Assembly: GCA_942491275.1 (NCBI GenBank)
Contig: CALNZI010000004.1
Span: 3,305 to 67,304, forward strand
Length of the DNA stretch: 64,000 bases
Source: Minisyncoccota bacterium
GTDB lineage: Bacteria > Patescibacteriota > Minisyncoccia > Phycocordibacterales > UBA9973
Direction: 5' to 3'
The notes below the pieces were generated by a model. It saw only the letters and a list, made by a program, of their open reading frames with translations, did not search any database and was not told where the DNA came from. Shown in pieces: positions 54,073 to 63,487 of the stretch. Position numbers and translations under genes: made by a program. Position 1 is the stretch's first letter; every line of letters starts with the position of its first letter.

Positions 54073-55740
54073 ATGAAGGCTGAAACTAAAAAATGTCAGA
54101 ATTGTAAGAGTAACTTTTTAATTGAAGTTGATGATTTTTCCTTTTATGAGAAAATGGGGGTGTCTGTTCCCACTTTTTGTCCAGAATGCCGATTAATGCG
54201 CAGGATGGCTTGGAAGAATGAAAGATATCTTTATCATCGTGAATGTGGAAAATGTAAAAATCGTGTTATTTCTATTTATTCAAAGGAGAAACCTTTCCCT
54301 ATATATTGTAATACTTGTTGGTGGGGAGATGATTGGGACGCCATGGATTATAGAGTAAATTATGATCCATCTAAAAGTTTTTTTTCTCAATTTCAGGAGC
54401 TTTTAAATAAAACTCCTCATTTAGCTATACCTAATTTTAAAAATAATGATTGTGAATATACAAGCTGGTTGGATGAAAGTAAGAGCTGCTATATGTCTTT
54501 TGGTTCTTCTAGGTGTGAAGATGTTTTATTTTCTGAAACATTACAGGACTGTAAAAATTCTTTAGATTTAACTAGTTGTGATTCAGTCACCTATTCTTAT
54601 AATTCTGTTTATTGTCATCATTCAAATAGAATACAATATTGCGTGAATTGTTATAATTGCGTGAATTGTTATTTTTCTTTTGATTTAAAGGGGTGCCAAA
54701 ATTGTTTTATGTCATATAATTTAAGGCATAAAAATTACATGATTTTAAATGAGTCATATACAAAAGAAAAGTTCAAGGAAAAGATGGATAAAATTCTTGG
54801 AGATAGAGATTTGTTAAAAGAATCATTAGAAAAATTTAAAAAATTAATAAAAACACAGGGAATACATCAATTCGCTGATATCCAGAAAAGTTATAATTCT
54901 AAAGGCAATAATCTTATTGAGTGTAAGAATGCCTTGAATTGTTTTGATTCAAAGAAGATTGAAGATTGTCGGTATGTTACCTATGGTGGTTTTATTAAAG
55001 ATTGTTTTGATCTATATGGAGTGATGAAAAATAGTGAACTTTGTTATGAGGGGTTTAGTATGACCGGTAGCTCTAATTGTGTCTCAGTGTTGAGTTCGTG
55101 GGGAGATAATATTGATATTCAGTACTCTCAGTATGTAATTGGATGTAAAAATCTTTTTGGTTGCCATTCTTTACGTAAAAAATCTTTTTGTATCTTAAAT
55201 AAACAATACGATGAGATTGAGTATGAGAAAATAAAAAAATTAATTATTGAAGAAATGAAAAATAAAAAAAATTATGGGGAGTATTTTCCAGTAGAAATGT
55301 CTCCATATGGCTATAATGAAACAGTTGCAAACATATTTTTTCCAATGACAAAAGAAGAAGTCATGGCTGCTGGTTATAGATGGCAAGAAGAAACAGGAGG
55401 TGTTTTTGGAAAATCTACCATTTTAACTAAGGACCTTCCTTCTTCTATTAAAGAAACGGGAGATAATATTTTAAAAGAAATAATCGAATGTTTTAATTGT
55501 AGTAAAAATTTTAAAATTGTAGAAAAGGAACTTAACTTATACAGAGCATTAAATATTCCTATTCCTGATAACTGTATTGATTGTCGATTTAAAGAACGTT
55601 TACAATTTTGTTTACCACGCAAACTTTGGCATCGAAAATGTATGAAAGAAGGTTGCAACAATGAATTCGAAACCTCCTATGCACCAGAGAGGGAAGAGAT
55701 AGTATACTGTGAGCAATGTTATCAAGCTGAAGTTTATTAA
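54073..55740 (+). CDS. cysteine-rich paralog family, copy 4 (subfamily II)
   Basis: MKAETKKCQNCKSNFLIEVDDFSFYEKMGVSVPTFCPECR..., YCVNCYNCVNCYFSFDLKGCQNCFMSYNLRHKNY and ...YCEQCYQAEVY-stop. The ATG at 54073 follows ttaaat as in other leaderless-type starts. Confidence 0.85.
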   Translation: MKAETKKCQNCKSNFLIEVDDFSFYEKMGVSVPTFCPECRLMRRMAWKNERYLYHRECGKCKNRVISIYSKEKPFPIYCNTCWWGDDWDAMDYRVNYDPSKSFFSQFQELLNKTPHLAIPNFKNNDCEYTSWLDESKSCYMSFGSSRCEDVLFSETLQDCKNSLDLTSCDSVTYSYNSVYCHHSNRIQYCVNCYNCVNCYFSFDLKGCQNCFMSYNLRHKNYMILNESYTKEKFKEKMDKILGDRDLLKESLEKFKKLIKTQGIHQFADIQKSYNSKGNNLIECKNALNCFDSKKIEDCRYVTYGGFIKDCFDLYGVMKNSELCYEGFSMTGSSNCVSVLSSWGDNIDIQYSQYVIGCKNLFGCHSLRKKSFCILNKQYDEIEYEKIKKLIIEEMKNKKNYGEYFPVEMSPYGYNETVANIFFPMTKEEVMAAGYRWQEETGGVFGKSTILTKDLPSSIKETGDNILKEIIECFNCSKNFKIVEKELNLYRALNIPIPDNCIDCRFKERLQFCLPRKLWHRKCMKEGCNNEFETSYAPEREEIVYCEQCYQAEVY

Positions 55741-55780
55741 ATTTGTAAAAGGACGGTCCTTTTACAAAAAATTATCAAAT

Positions 55781-57496
55781 ATGAAACCAGAAACAAAAAA
55801 CTGTCAAAACTGTAAAAACGACTTCGTTATTGAAGTTGATGATTTTTCTTTTTATGAGAAAATAAAAGTTCCAGCACCTACTTTTTGTCCGGAGTGTCGG
55901 TTTGTTAGAAGAATGGCTTATCGAAACGAAAGATCTTTGTATAAAAGTTCCTGTGATTTATGTAAAAAAAAGATTATCTCCATGTATCCTAAAGATGTTG
56001 AGTTTACTGTGTACTGTCGTGATTGCTGGTGGTCTGATAAATGGGATGCAACGGACCATGGAAGAGATTATGATTTTTCGAGGCCATTTTTCGAACAATT
56101 GAAAGAATTATTTTGGTCTGTTCCCCACTTAGCTATTTGGCAAAGGAATGTTATAAATTCTGATTTTTCTAACATGGTAGGAGAAAGTAAGAATGTATAT
56201 TTGTCTGCTTCGGTTGTTATGGAATCTGAAAATGTCTTTTATTCTAAGGCCATTGATAAGTCTTTTAATATTTTTGACTGTTCTAATTTAAAAGAATCAA
56301 ATAATTGTTATGAAAATATTGAAGGAGAAAAGAACTATAATTCACAACACCTTTTCCTGTCTCGAAGCTGTATAGACTCTATGTTTTTAATTGACTGTGT
56401 TAATTGTAGTAATTGTGTATTATCTTCCAATTTGAGAAATAAAGAATTTTATTTTAGAAATAAACAATATTCTAAAGAAGAATATTTTAATCAGATTGAA
56501 AAACTTAATTTGGGGAGTCGTCAAGCTCGCAATGAAGTAATTAAAGAATTTGATCTTCTTTGTGAAGATGGTATCTATCGTTATGCAAATATTATTAAAT
56601 CAGTTGATTCAACTGGGAATAATATTTTAAATGCAAAAAATTCTAAATATTGTTTTGATTTTTATGATATGGAAAATTTGAAATATGGATATAGGGGAAT
56701 TTCTGTAAAAGATTCCATGGACTTTGATTTTGGAACAACTTCAGAATTAATGTATGAATATTCCACAGGAGCAACCAATGATTATAATGTTAGATTTTCC
56801 TATTCGGCCATGGGGTCAGTTAGAAACGCAGAGTATACGGATTCCTGTGTTTCCTCTGAAAATATATTCGGTTGTTATAGTTTGAAGAAAAAAGAATATG
56901 TAATTTTAAATAAAGTCTACACAAAGGAAAAGTTTTTCGAATTAAGAGAAAAAATAATTAAACATATGAATGAAATGCCATTTAAGGGGAGCAATGGCAG
57001 AGAATATAAATATGGGGAATTTTTTCCAGTGGAAATTTCTCCATTTGGATACAATGAAACATGTGCCCATGAATTTTACCCTCTAACAAAAGAAGAGATA
57101 TTAAAAAGGGGACACCAATGGAGAGATTTAGAAGAAAAAAATTATACAATTACCCTTGGGGTAGATTCTATTCCAGATAATATAAAAGATGTTGATAAAA
57201 ATATTTTAAAAGAAGTACTAGGTTGTTCTCATGAAGGGGACTGTGACCATCAGTGTATGACAGCTTTTAAAATCACTCAGGATGAATTTAATTTTTATAA
57301 AAAAAATAATATTCCGATTCCTAATAAGTGTTCTAATTGTAGGTATTATGAAAGATTTAAAAAAATTCCACCTCCAAAACTTTGGACACGTTCTTGTATG
57401 AAAGAAGGATGTTCTAATATCTTTCAGACAGCTTACTCACCTAAGGGGAAAGAAAAAGTATATTGTGAGGAATGTTATCAGCAAGAAGTGATATAA
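55781..57496 (+). CDS. cysteine-rich paralog family, copy 5 (subfamily II)
   Basis: MKPETKNCQNCKNDFVIEVDDFSFYEKIKVPAPTFCPECR... and ...YCEECYQQEVI-stop. The 5' flank is homologous to that of copy 3. Confidence 0.85.
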   Translation: MKPETKNCQNCKNDFVIEVDDFSFYEKIKVPAPTFCPECRFVRRMAYRNERSLYKSSCDLCKKKIISMYPKDVEFTVYCRDCWWSDKWDATDHGRDYDFSRPFFEQLKELFWSVPHLAIWQRNVINSDFSNMVGESKNVYLSASVVMESENVFYSKAIDKSFNIFDCSNLKESNNCYENIEGEKNYNSQHLFLSRSCIDSMFLIDCVNCSNCVLSSNLRNKEFYFRNKQYSKEEYFNQIEKLNLGSRQARNEVIKEFDLLCEDGIYRYANIIKSVDSTGNNILNAKNSKYCFDFYDMENLKYGYRGISVKDSMDFDFGTTSELMYEYSTGATNDYNVRFSYSAMGSVRNAEYTDSCVSSENIFGCYSLKKKEYVILNKVYTKEKFFELREKIIKHMNEMPFKGSNGREYKYGEFFPVEISPFGYNETCAHEFYPLTKEEILKRGHQWRDLEEKNYTITLGVDSIPDNIKDVDKNILKEVLGCSHEGDCDHQCMTAFKITQDEFNFYKKNNIPIPNKCSNCRYYERFKKIPPPKLWTRSCMKEGCSNIFQTAYSPKGKEKVYCEECYQQEVI

Positions 57497-57541
57497 CCCC
57501 GTAGTAGAATTTTATTAAAATTTCACTACAGGGTATAATAA
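57493..57541 (+). promoter_or_regulatory. conserved palindrome-plus-TATAAT element (copy B) upstream of paralog copy 6
   Basis: ataaCCCCGTAGTAGAATTTTattAAAATTTCACTACAGGGTATAATaa. Overlaps the copy-5 stop codon. TATAAT at 57534..57539 lies 6 nt before the ATG at 57546. Confidence 0.6.
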
Positions 57542-57545
57542 ATAC

Positions 57546-59243
57546 ATGAGTCCTGAAACTAAAAATTGTGTAAATTGTCAGAAAGATTTTATCATTGAAA
57601 CAGATGACTTCTCTTTTTACGAAAAAATCAAAGTTCCAGCACCTACTTGGTGTCCTGATTGTCGACAGCAACGTCGATATGCCTGGCGAAATGAGCGTAC
57701 TTTATATAGGCGAAATTGTGATTTATGTGAAAAAAGTACGGTTACTATTTATTCGCCCAATAAAGACTGTAAGGTTTATTGTTTGAATTGTTGGTGGGGA
57801 GATGGATGGGATCCTGCTTCTTACGGACGAGATTTTGATTTTAATCGACCATTTTTTGAGCAATATTATGAACTACAAAAAGAAGTTCCAAGAATGGCAC
57901 TTTTAAATAAAAGAGGAACAAATTCTGAATATACAAATCATTCAGCAGACAATAAGAATGTTTATTTATCCTATTGTTCTTTTGATGGAGAAGACATTCT
58001 TCACTCCACCTGGATAATGCAATCGAAAAGTTGCTTGGACTGTAGTTTTATAAATGGAGGAGGGGAGAAGTTGTATCAATGTATTGATTCTCGGAAGTCA
58101 TATCAATGTCAATTTGGTTTTTTTCTAAAGGATTGTGTGAACTGTTATTATTGTTACGACAGTCATGGGTGTACAGATTGTTTTATGTCTTCAAATTTAC
58201 GTAATAAAAGTTATGTATTTAAAAATGAGCAATATACTCGTGAAGGATATTTTGAGAAATTAAAGGAATATAATTTAAGCTCTTTTGAAGTTAGAGAGCA
58301 ATTGAAAAAAGATTTTCTTAATTTATTGAAGAATAATTCTACTCACAAACATTTTATGGGTGAACGTAATTTAAATTCAACAGGAGGGTCTATTTTTAAT
58401 AGTAAAAATTCATTGTTTTGTTTTGATTCTGAAGATCTTGAAGATGTAAAAAATGGATACGCAGTGTTAGGTGTAAAAAATTCGATGGATATTTATCACG
58501 TCGGAATAAAAACAGAATTAGTCTATGAAGACCATGGATGTACAGGAGTATATGATTGTCAGTTTTGCCATCTTTGTTACGATAATTCTCATTTAATGTA
58601 TTGCGACTCTTGTCAGAATAGTCAAAATCTTTTTGGTTGTATCTCTGTTAAAAAAGGAGAGTACATGATTTTTAATAAAAAATATACAAAAGAAGAATAT
58701 GTTGAGCTAAAAGAAAAGATCATTGAACATATGGAAAAAACAGGGGAGTATGGAGAATTTTTTTCACCAAGTATTTCTCCTGTTTCCTATAATGAAACTC
58801 AAGGAAATTATTATATGCCTTTAACAAAAGAAGAAGTTTTATCAAGAGGATGGTTATGGGAAGATCAGGTGCCGGGAACCTTCGGAAAGGAAACTGTTCA
58901 GCCAGAAGAAATTCCCGACATCATTGAAGAAGTAAAAGAAGATGTTTTGACTGCTATCTTTAAATGTACTGAATGTACAAAAAATTATAATATTGTACCC
59001 GATGAATTAACCTTCTATCAAAGAGAAAAAATACCAATACCTAGAAGGTGTCCCGACTGTCGCTATAAATGGCGTTTCGACCTTCGTTTGCCAAGGAGGC
59101 TTTGGTTAGGGGTCTGTAAATGTGATAAAAAAGGTCATTTTCATGAAGAAAAACCTTGTTCTGAGCAGTTTCAAACTAGTTACGAGCCAAATAGGCCAGA
59201 AATTGTATATTGTGAAAAATGTTACCTTCAAGAAATAGTCTAA
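57546..59243 (+). CDS. cysteine-rich paralog family, copy 6 (subfamily II)
   Basis: MSPETKNCVNCQKDFIIETDDFSFYEKIKVPAPTWCPDCR..., KDCVNCYYCYDSHGCTDCFMSSNLRNKSYVFKNEQYTREGY and ...YCEKCYLQEIV-stop. Confidence 0.85.
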   Translation: MSPETKNCVNCQKDFIIETDDFSFYEKIKVPAPTWCPDCRQQRRYAWRNERTLYRRNCDLCEKSTVTIYSPNKDCKVYCLNCWWGDGWDPASYGRDFDFNRPFFEQYYELQKEVPRMALLNKRGTNSEYTNHSADNKNVYLSYCSFDGEDILHSTWIMQSKSCLDCSFINGGGEKLYQCIDSRKSYQCQFGFFLKDCVNCYYCYDSHGCTDCFMSSNLRNKSYVFKNEQYTREGYFEKLKEYNLSSFEVREQLKKDFLNLLKNNSTHKHFMGERNLNSTGGSIFNSKNSLFCFDSEDLEDVKNGYAVLGVKNSMDIYHVGIKTELVYEDHGCTGVYDCQFCHLCYDNSHLMYCDSCQNSQNLFGCISVKKGEYMIFNKKYTKEEYVELKEKIIEHMEKTGEYGEFFSPSISPVSYNETQGNYYMPLTKEEVLSRGWLWEDQVPGTFGKETVQPEEIPDIIEEVKEDVLTAIFKCTECTKNYNIVPDELTFYQREKIPIPRRCPDCRYKWRFDLRLPRRLWLGVCKCDKKGHFHEEKPCSEQFQTSYEPNRPEIVYCEKCYLQEIV

Positions 59244-59483
59244 AAAAAGAAAAAATAGAGAAATAGCCGACAAAAAAGTTTAATTTTTGCCAGCTATTTT
59301 TTTTAAAAATTACCCTTCTTAAAAACCCTCCCCTGGAAAGCTTTTTTGAGATTTTTACCTAAAAAATTTGACGGCCATTCCCCAGATTGGTCAAATGGGT
59401 AATTTATTTGGAATTTCACTTGATAGGAGGGTATAATAAATATCCAAAACATTAAAACATTATTAATAATAATTTTATAAATT

Positions 59484-61829
59484 ATGTCCCCAAAAAGCAA
59501 AAAAGATGATTCAAAAAAAGAGGTGAAAAAAAACAATCAAACAACCAAAGTTGTTTCAATTGAAAAAAAACAAAATAAGAATGATTTTGTTAAGAGTATT
59601 CAAAGAAGAGATGGGGTAATTGTTCCTTTCGATATTGAAAAAATAAAGAATGCTATTAACAAAGCCATGCTTGCCGGAGGAGAAGGTTCACCAAAGGATG
59701 CAGAGCGTGTTGCTAACAGAGTTTTGAGAGAGTTTGTTCATTTAGCTAAGAAGCATAAGAGTTTTATTCCAACCGTTGAAACCATACAAGATACAGTGGA
59801 GCAAGAATTAATGCTTGCTGATTTTGTAAAAGCTTCTAAAAATTATATTTTATATCGTGAAGAAAGAGCACGCCTAAGATCTCATAGTATGAGTGTTCCG
59901 GACCATGTAAAAAAACTTGCAGAAGAAAGTAAAAAATATTTTAGAAATCCACTTTCTGAATTTGTTTACTATAGGTCCTATGCAAGATGGATTGAAGAAG
60001 AAAATAGAAGAGAAACTTGGATTGAGACAGTTGATCGATACATGAATTTTATGAAAGGGAAGCTTGGAGACATGCTGAAAGAAAGTGAGTATAAAGAAGT
60101 TCGTGAAGGAATTTTAAATCAAGAGGCAATGCCTTCCATGAGATTGTTACAGTTTGCTGGAGATGCAGCGGAGAAAACAAATGTTTGTGCCTATAACTGT
60201 TCTTTTGTGGCCCCTTCTAAGTTCCAAGATTTTGGAGAAATTATTTATATTTCCATGTGTGGGACAGGGGTTGGTTTTTCTGTTGAGAGTAAAAACATTC
60301 AATCACTTCCTCAAATTAAAAAACAAACAAATAAAAAAATATTAAATTACGTTGTTCCAGATACAAAAGAAGGCTGGGCCGACGCATTTGTTTTTGGAAT
60401 GAAAACTTGGTTCGAAGGAAAGGATGTGGAATTTGATTTTTCAAAACTACGTCCGGCTGGGGCAAGGTTAAAAATAATGGGAGGGAAAAGTTCTGGTCCC
60501 AAGCCTCTAATTGATTTACTTGGATTTACCCGAGATCGTATTCTTCGAAGACAGGGAAGACACTTAAGAAATATTGATGCTCACGATATTATTTGTAAAA
60601 TTGGAGAATGTGTAGTCTCTGGAGGTGTTCGTCGTAGTGCTCTTATTTCACTATCTGATTTAGATGATCAAGATATGCGTGATGCTAAGAATGGTCAATT
60701 CTGGCTAAATGAAGGGCAGAGAATGTTATCTAACAATTCTGCTGTATATGATGAAAAGCCTACAGAAACTGAATTTCTGAAGGAATGGATCGCTCTTATG
60801 GAGTCTGGATCTGGAGAAAGAGGTATTTTTAATAGAGGTTCCTTAGCGAAATCATTACCAGAAAGAAGAGTAAAAAAATCAAAAAACTTTATTGGAGAAA
60901 TGGGAACTAATCCTTGTGGTGAAATAATATTAAGATCAAAACAGTTTTGTAATCTTTCTGAAGTCGTTGCTAGGGCAGAAGATACAGAAGAATCTTTAAT
61001 GAGAAAAATTCGTCTCGCAACAATACTGGGAACATATCAATCAACTCTTACAAAGTTCGGATATCTTTCTAAAGAATGGAAAAATAATTGTGATGCAGAA
61101 AGATTGTTGGGAGTGTCTGTGACTGGACAATGGGATTCACCACTTTCTCGTGATCCAGACGTATTAAAAAAACTTAAAATGGAAACCATTCGTATTAATA
61201 AACTTTATGCAAAAAGATTTGGGGTGAATGAATCCACCTGTATCACAGCAGTGAAGCCTTCAGGAACTGTTTCTCAGACCGTAGATTGTTCTTCTGGAAT
61301 GCATCCTCGTCATGCACCATATTATATTCGTCGAGTTCGTATTTCTGCTACCGATGCTTTATTTAAAATGATGAAAGATCAGGGAGTTCCTTATCATCCA
61401 GAAGTGGGGCAAACCCACGATGATGCAAATACTTTTGTTTTAGAATTTCCCATGAGAGCTCCAGCGGACGCAATTTGCAAGGACGATGTTTCTGCCATTG
61501 ATCAATTGGAACATTGGAAAATTGTAAAAGTTAATTATACAGAACATAATCCTTCTGTGACTGTTTCAGTGGGGGAGAATGAATGGATTCAGGTGGCTCA
61601 CTGGTTGTATCAGAATTGGGATATAGTAGGAGGACTCTCTTTTCTTCCTCGAAGTAATCACGTCTATCAACTTGCTCCCTACGAAGCAATTACAGCAGAA
61701 AAATACAAAGAACTTACAAGTAAAATGCCGGACTTTGATTTTTCAAAAATTGTAACCTATGAATTAAAAGATGAAACTGAAGTTAAGAGAGAATTGGCTT
61801 GTGTTTCTGGAGTTTGTGATATAGTATAG
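59484..61829 (+). CDS. nrdJ: class II (adenosylcobalamin-dependent) ribonucleotide reductase with N-terminal ATP-cone
   Basis: ATP-cone VKSIQRRDGVIVPFDIEKIKNAI. Catalytic region AYNCSF, GTGVGFS, NPCGEI and SQFCNLSEV-like KQFCNLSEV. Confidence 0.85.
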   Translation: MSPKSKKDDSKKEVKKNNQTTKVVSIEKKQNKNDFVKSIQRRDGVIVPFDIEKIKNAINKAMLAGGEGSPKDAERVANRVLREFVHLAKKHKSFIPTVETIQDTVEQELMLADFVKASKNYILYREERARLRSHSMSVPDHVKKLAEESKKYFRNPLSEFVYYRSYARWIEEENRRETWIETVDRYMNFMKGKLGDMLKESEYKEVREGILNQEAMPSMRLLQFAGDAAEKTNVCAYNCSFVAPSKFQDFGEIIYISMCGTGVGFSVESKNIQSLPQIKKQTNKKILNYVVPDTKEGWADAFVFGMKTWFEGKDVEFDFSKLRPAGARLKIMGGKSSGPKPLIDLLGFTRDRILRRQGRHLRNIDAHDIICKIGECVVSGGVRRSALISLSDLDDQDMRDAKNGQFWLNEGQRMLSNNSAVYDEKPTETEFLKEWIALMESGSGERGIFNRGSLAKSLPERRVKKSKNFIGEMGTNPCGEIILRSKQFCNLSEVVARAEDTEESLMRKIRLATILGTYQSTLTKFGYLSKEWKNNCDAERLLGVSVTGQWDSPLSRDPDVLKKLKMETIRINKLYAKRFGVNESTCITAVKPSGTVSQTVDCSSGMHPRHAPYYIRRVRISATDALFKMMKDQGVPYHPEVGQTHDDANTFVLEFPMRAPADAICKDDVSAIDQLEHWKIVKVNYTEHNPSVTVSVGENEWIQVAHWLYQNWDIVGGLSFLPRSNHVYQLAPYEAITAEKYKELTSKMPDFDFSKIVTYELKDETEVKRELACVSGVCDIV

Positions 61830-61851
61830 TTTTAATTCTTGGAAATATTTT

Positions 61852-62376
61852 ATGAAAAAAAAATGGATAAAATACATAGTTACTTTTTTGGCTGTTTTTG
61901 CAGTTAGATTGATACCCTTTAGAGCTCCCAACGTGGAACCAATTATGGCCGTGGCTATGCCCTTTGGTAAGGCCTATGGAGGTGTATTTGCTTTTTTCTT
62001 TGGATCTTTAAGTATTATCCTATTTGATCTTGTGACCTCAGGGTTAGGCGTTTGGACTGCCATAACAGCTATTGCTTATGGATTGGTTGGCTATGGGGCT
62101 CATTTCTTTTTTAAGAATCGTTCTGGTTGGAAAAACTACGCCTTTTATGCTGTTTTAATGACACTTCTCTATGATGCTATTACTGGGTTAACCCTGGGGC
62201 CTCTCTTTTTTGGAATGCCTTTTATGGTTGCTTTGATGGGTCAAATTCCTTTCACGATCTTTCATTTGCTTGGTAACGTTTCTTTTGCTATAGTACTTTC
62301 ACCAGTCATTGAAAGATGGGTGACGGCAGAAGAAAGAAAAAGTGTTTTAGTTTCTGATGTTGTTAAGGTTAGTTAG
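61852..62376 (+). CDS. ECF S-component-like / DUF6580-like membrane protein (candidate vitamin transporter)
   Basis: RLIPFRAPNVEPIMAVAMPFG and ~5-6 TM helices, adjacent to nrdJ and the cobalamin-riboswitch-like element. The family assignment is from memory only. Confidence 0.4.
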   Translation: MKKKWIKYIVTFLAVFAVRLIPFRAPNVEPIMAVAMPFGKAYGGVFAFFFGSLSIILFDLVTSGLGVWTAITAIAYGLVGYGAHFFFKNRSGWKNYAFYAVLMTLLYDAITGLTLGPLFFGMPFMVALMGQIPFTIFHLLGNVSFAIVLSPVIERWVTAEERKSVLVSDVVKVS

Positions 62377-62391
62377 TGTATTTTAAAAATT

Positions 62392-62561
62392 TAAACCTGT
62401 TATATTTGGAAGTGAGGTTTAATCCCTCCACTGTGCCGCAACGGTAAAGTCCTAGATTAATAAATTTAGGAACAAGTCCGATCTTAATATAATGGTGTAT
62501 CCCGAGCAGGAAACTTTTTTATAAAAAGTGTTAGATCTCTTGCTTCGGCAGGAGTTTTTTT
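62392..62561 (+). promoter_or_regulatory. cobalamin riboswitch-like element with intrinsic terminator
   Basis: ttGGAAgtgaGGTttAATCCctcCACTGTgCCGCAACGGTAAag resembles the GGGAA..GGTG.AAATCC...CCGCCACTGTAA core. aAGTCCGA marks a degenerate B12-box region. cctg...cagg could close P1. Terminator ctcttgc-ttcg-gcaggag+T7 at 62537..62561. Confidence 0.55.
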
Positions 62562-62577
62562 ATTTTTAAATAAAAAT

Positions 62578-63066
62578 ATGAATATAAAAAATAAAAATAG
62601 AATAGTCTTACTTTTGATTGTCTTAATTGCAATTACTGTGGTTTCTTTGGTTTTAATTAAAAGAAACACAAAAGAAGTTATTTTTTTCAATAATGAGGGT
62701 TCTTCTACTCCTTTGAATTTAATAAATGATGGATCTAGTTCCGCAGAAGAAGATGTTTTAGTAGAAGATAACAAAAAAGAAAATTTTGTTATCTTAGAAG
62801 TTCTAAATGAATCCTATGAAATTGGAATAAAAAACAATGATAGTGTTTACGACGCAATGAATCGGTTAAGTGTTTTGAATAAAAATGATTTTTCATTTGA
62901 ATATGAAAATTATCAGTCCATGGGAATTTTTATTAAGGAGATTAATGGAAGGAAAGAAAAATCTGGAGCCTATTGGATTTATTCTATTAATGGAGAAGAA
63001 GCATCTGTCGGTGTTTCTAAATATATTCTCAAGTCGGGGGATGTAATAACTTGGGAGCAAAAATAA
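62578..63066 (+). CDS. DUF4430-domain secreted protein (transcobalamin-like B12-binding candidate)
   Basis: N-terminal TM/signal segment, then ...GIFIKEINGRKEKSGAYWIYSINGEEASVGVSKYILKSGDVITWEQ, the DUF4430 pattern as I recall it. Confidence 0.6.
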   Translation: MNIKNKNRIVLLLIVLIAITVVSLVLIKRNTKEVIFFNNEGSSTPLNLINDGSSSAEEDVLVEDNKKENFVILEVLNESYEIGIKNNDSVYDAMNRLSVLNKNDFSFEYENYQSMGIFIKEINGRKEKSGAYWIYSINGEEASVGVSKYILKSGDVITWEQK

Positions 63067-63068
63067 TT

Positions 63069-63487
63069 ATGAAAGTGAAGAATAAAATTAGTATCATTGT
63101 TTTAATTTGGTTAGCTTTTTTTACCATTGCAAATGCCGACGTTGGAATTCATTTAGAAATTCAAACTTCAGAAGAATCTTTATTCAATCAAAGTGTTTTA
63201 GTCTCTCCTTGTGATAGTGATAATGATCCTGAAACTCCGGATGATATTACTGCCTATTGTGCTGTTCTTCAGTCTGGACTAGAAAACGATTGGTCTTGGT
63301 GGGGAAGTGATGCTTTTTTAAGTTCCATTGGAACCAACATTAATAATGATAATGATAACGGTATTTATTGGGGATGGTTTAATAATTTAGATCTTGGCTC
63401 CATTGCCCTTAATAAATATATTCTCAATGAAGAAGATAGAATACTTTTAACTTATAATATAAATCCTTTAAAAAATGATTTTAAAAT
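63069..63487 (+). CDS. second DUF4430-like secreted protein, 3'-truncated at the compositional junction
   Basis: Signal segment ISIIVLIWLAFFTIANA, then IYWGWFNNLDLGSIALNKYILNEEDRILLTY. From about 63487 onward the listed ORF reads through into unrelated GC-rich DNA. Confidence 0.5.

Noticed and set aside
59244-59483. Looked for an NrdR box or cobalamin riboswitch upstream of nrdJ.
   Set aside because: I could not find a convincing palindromic NrdR-type box pair or any B12-riboswitch core. Only the partial copy of the shared promoter element (59412..59440) is there.
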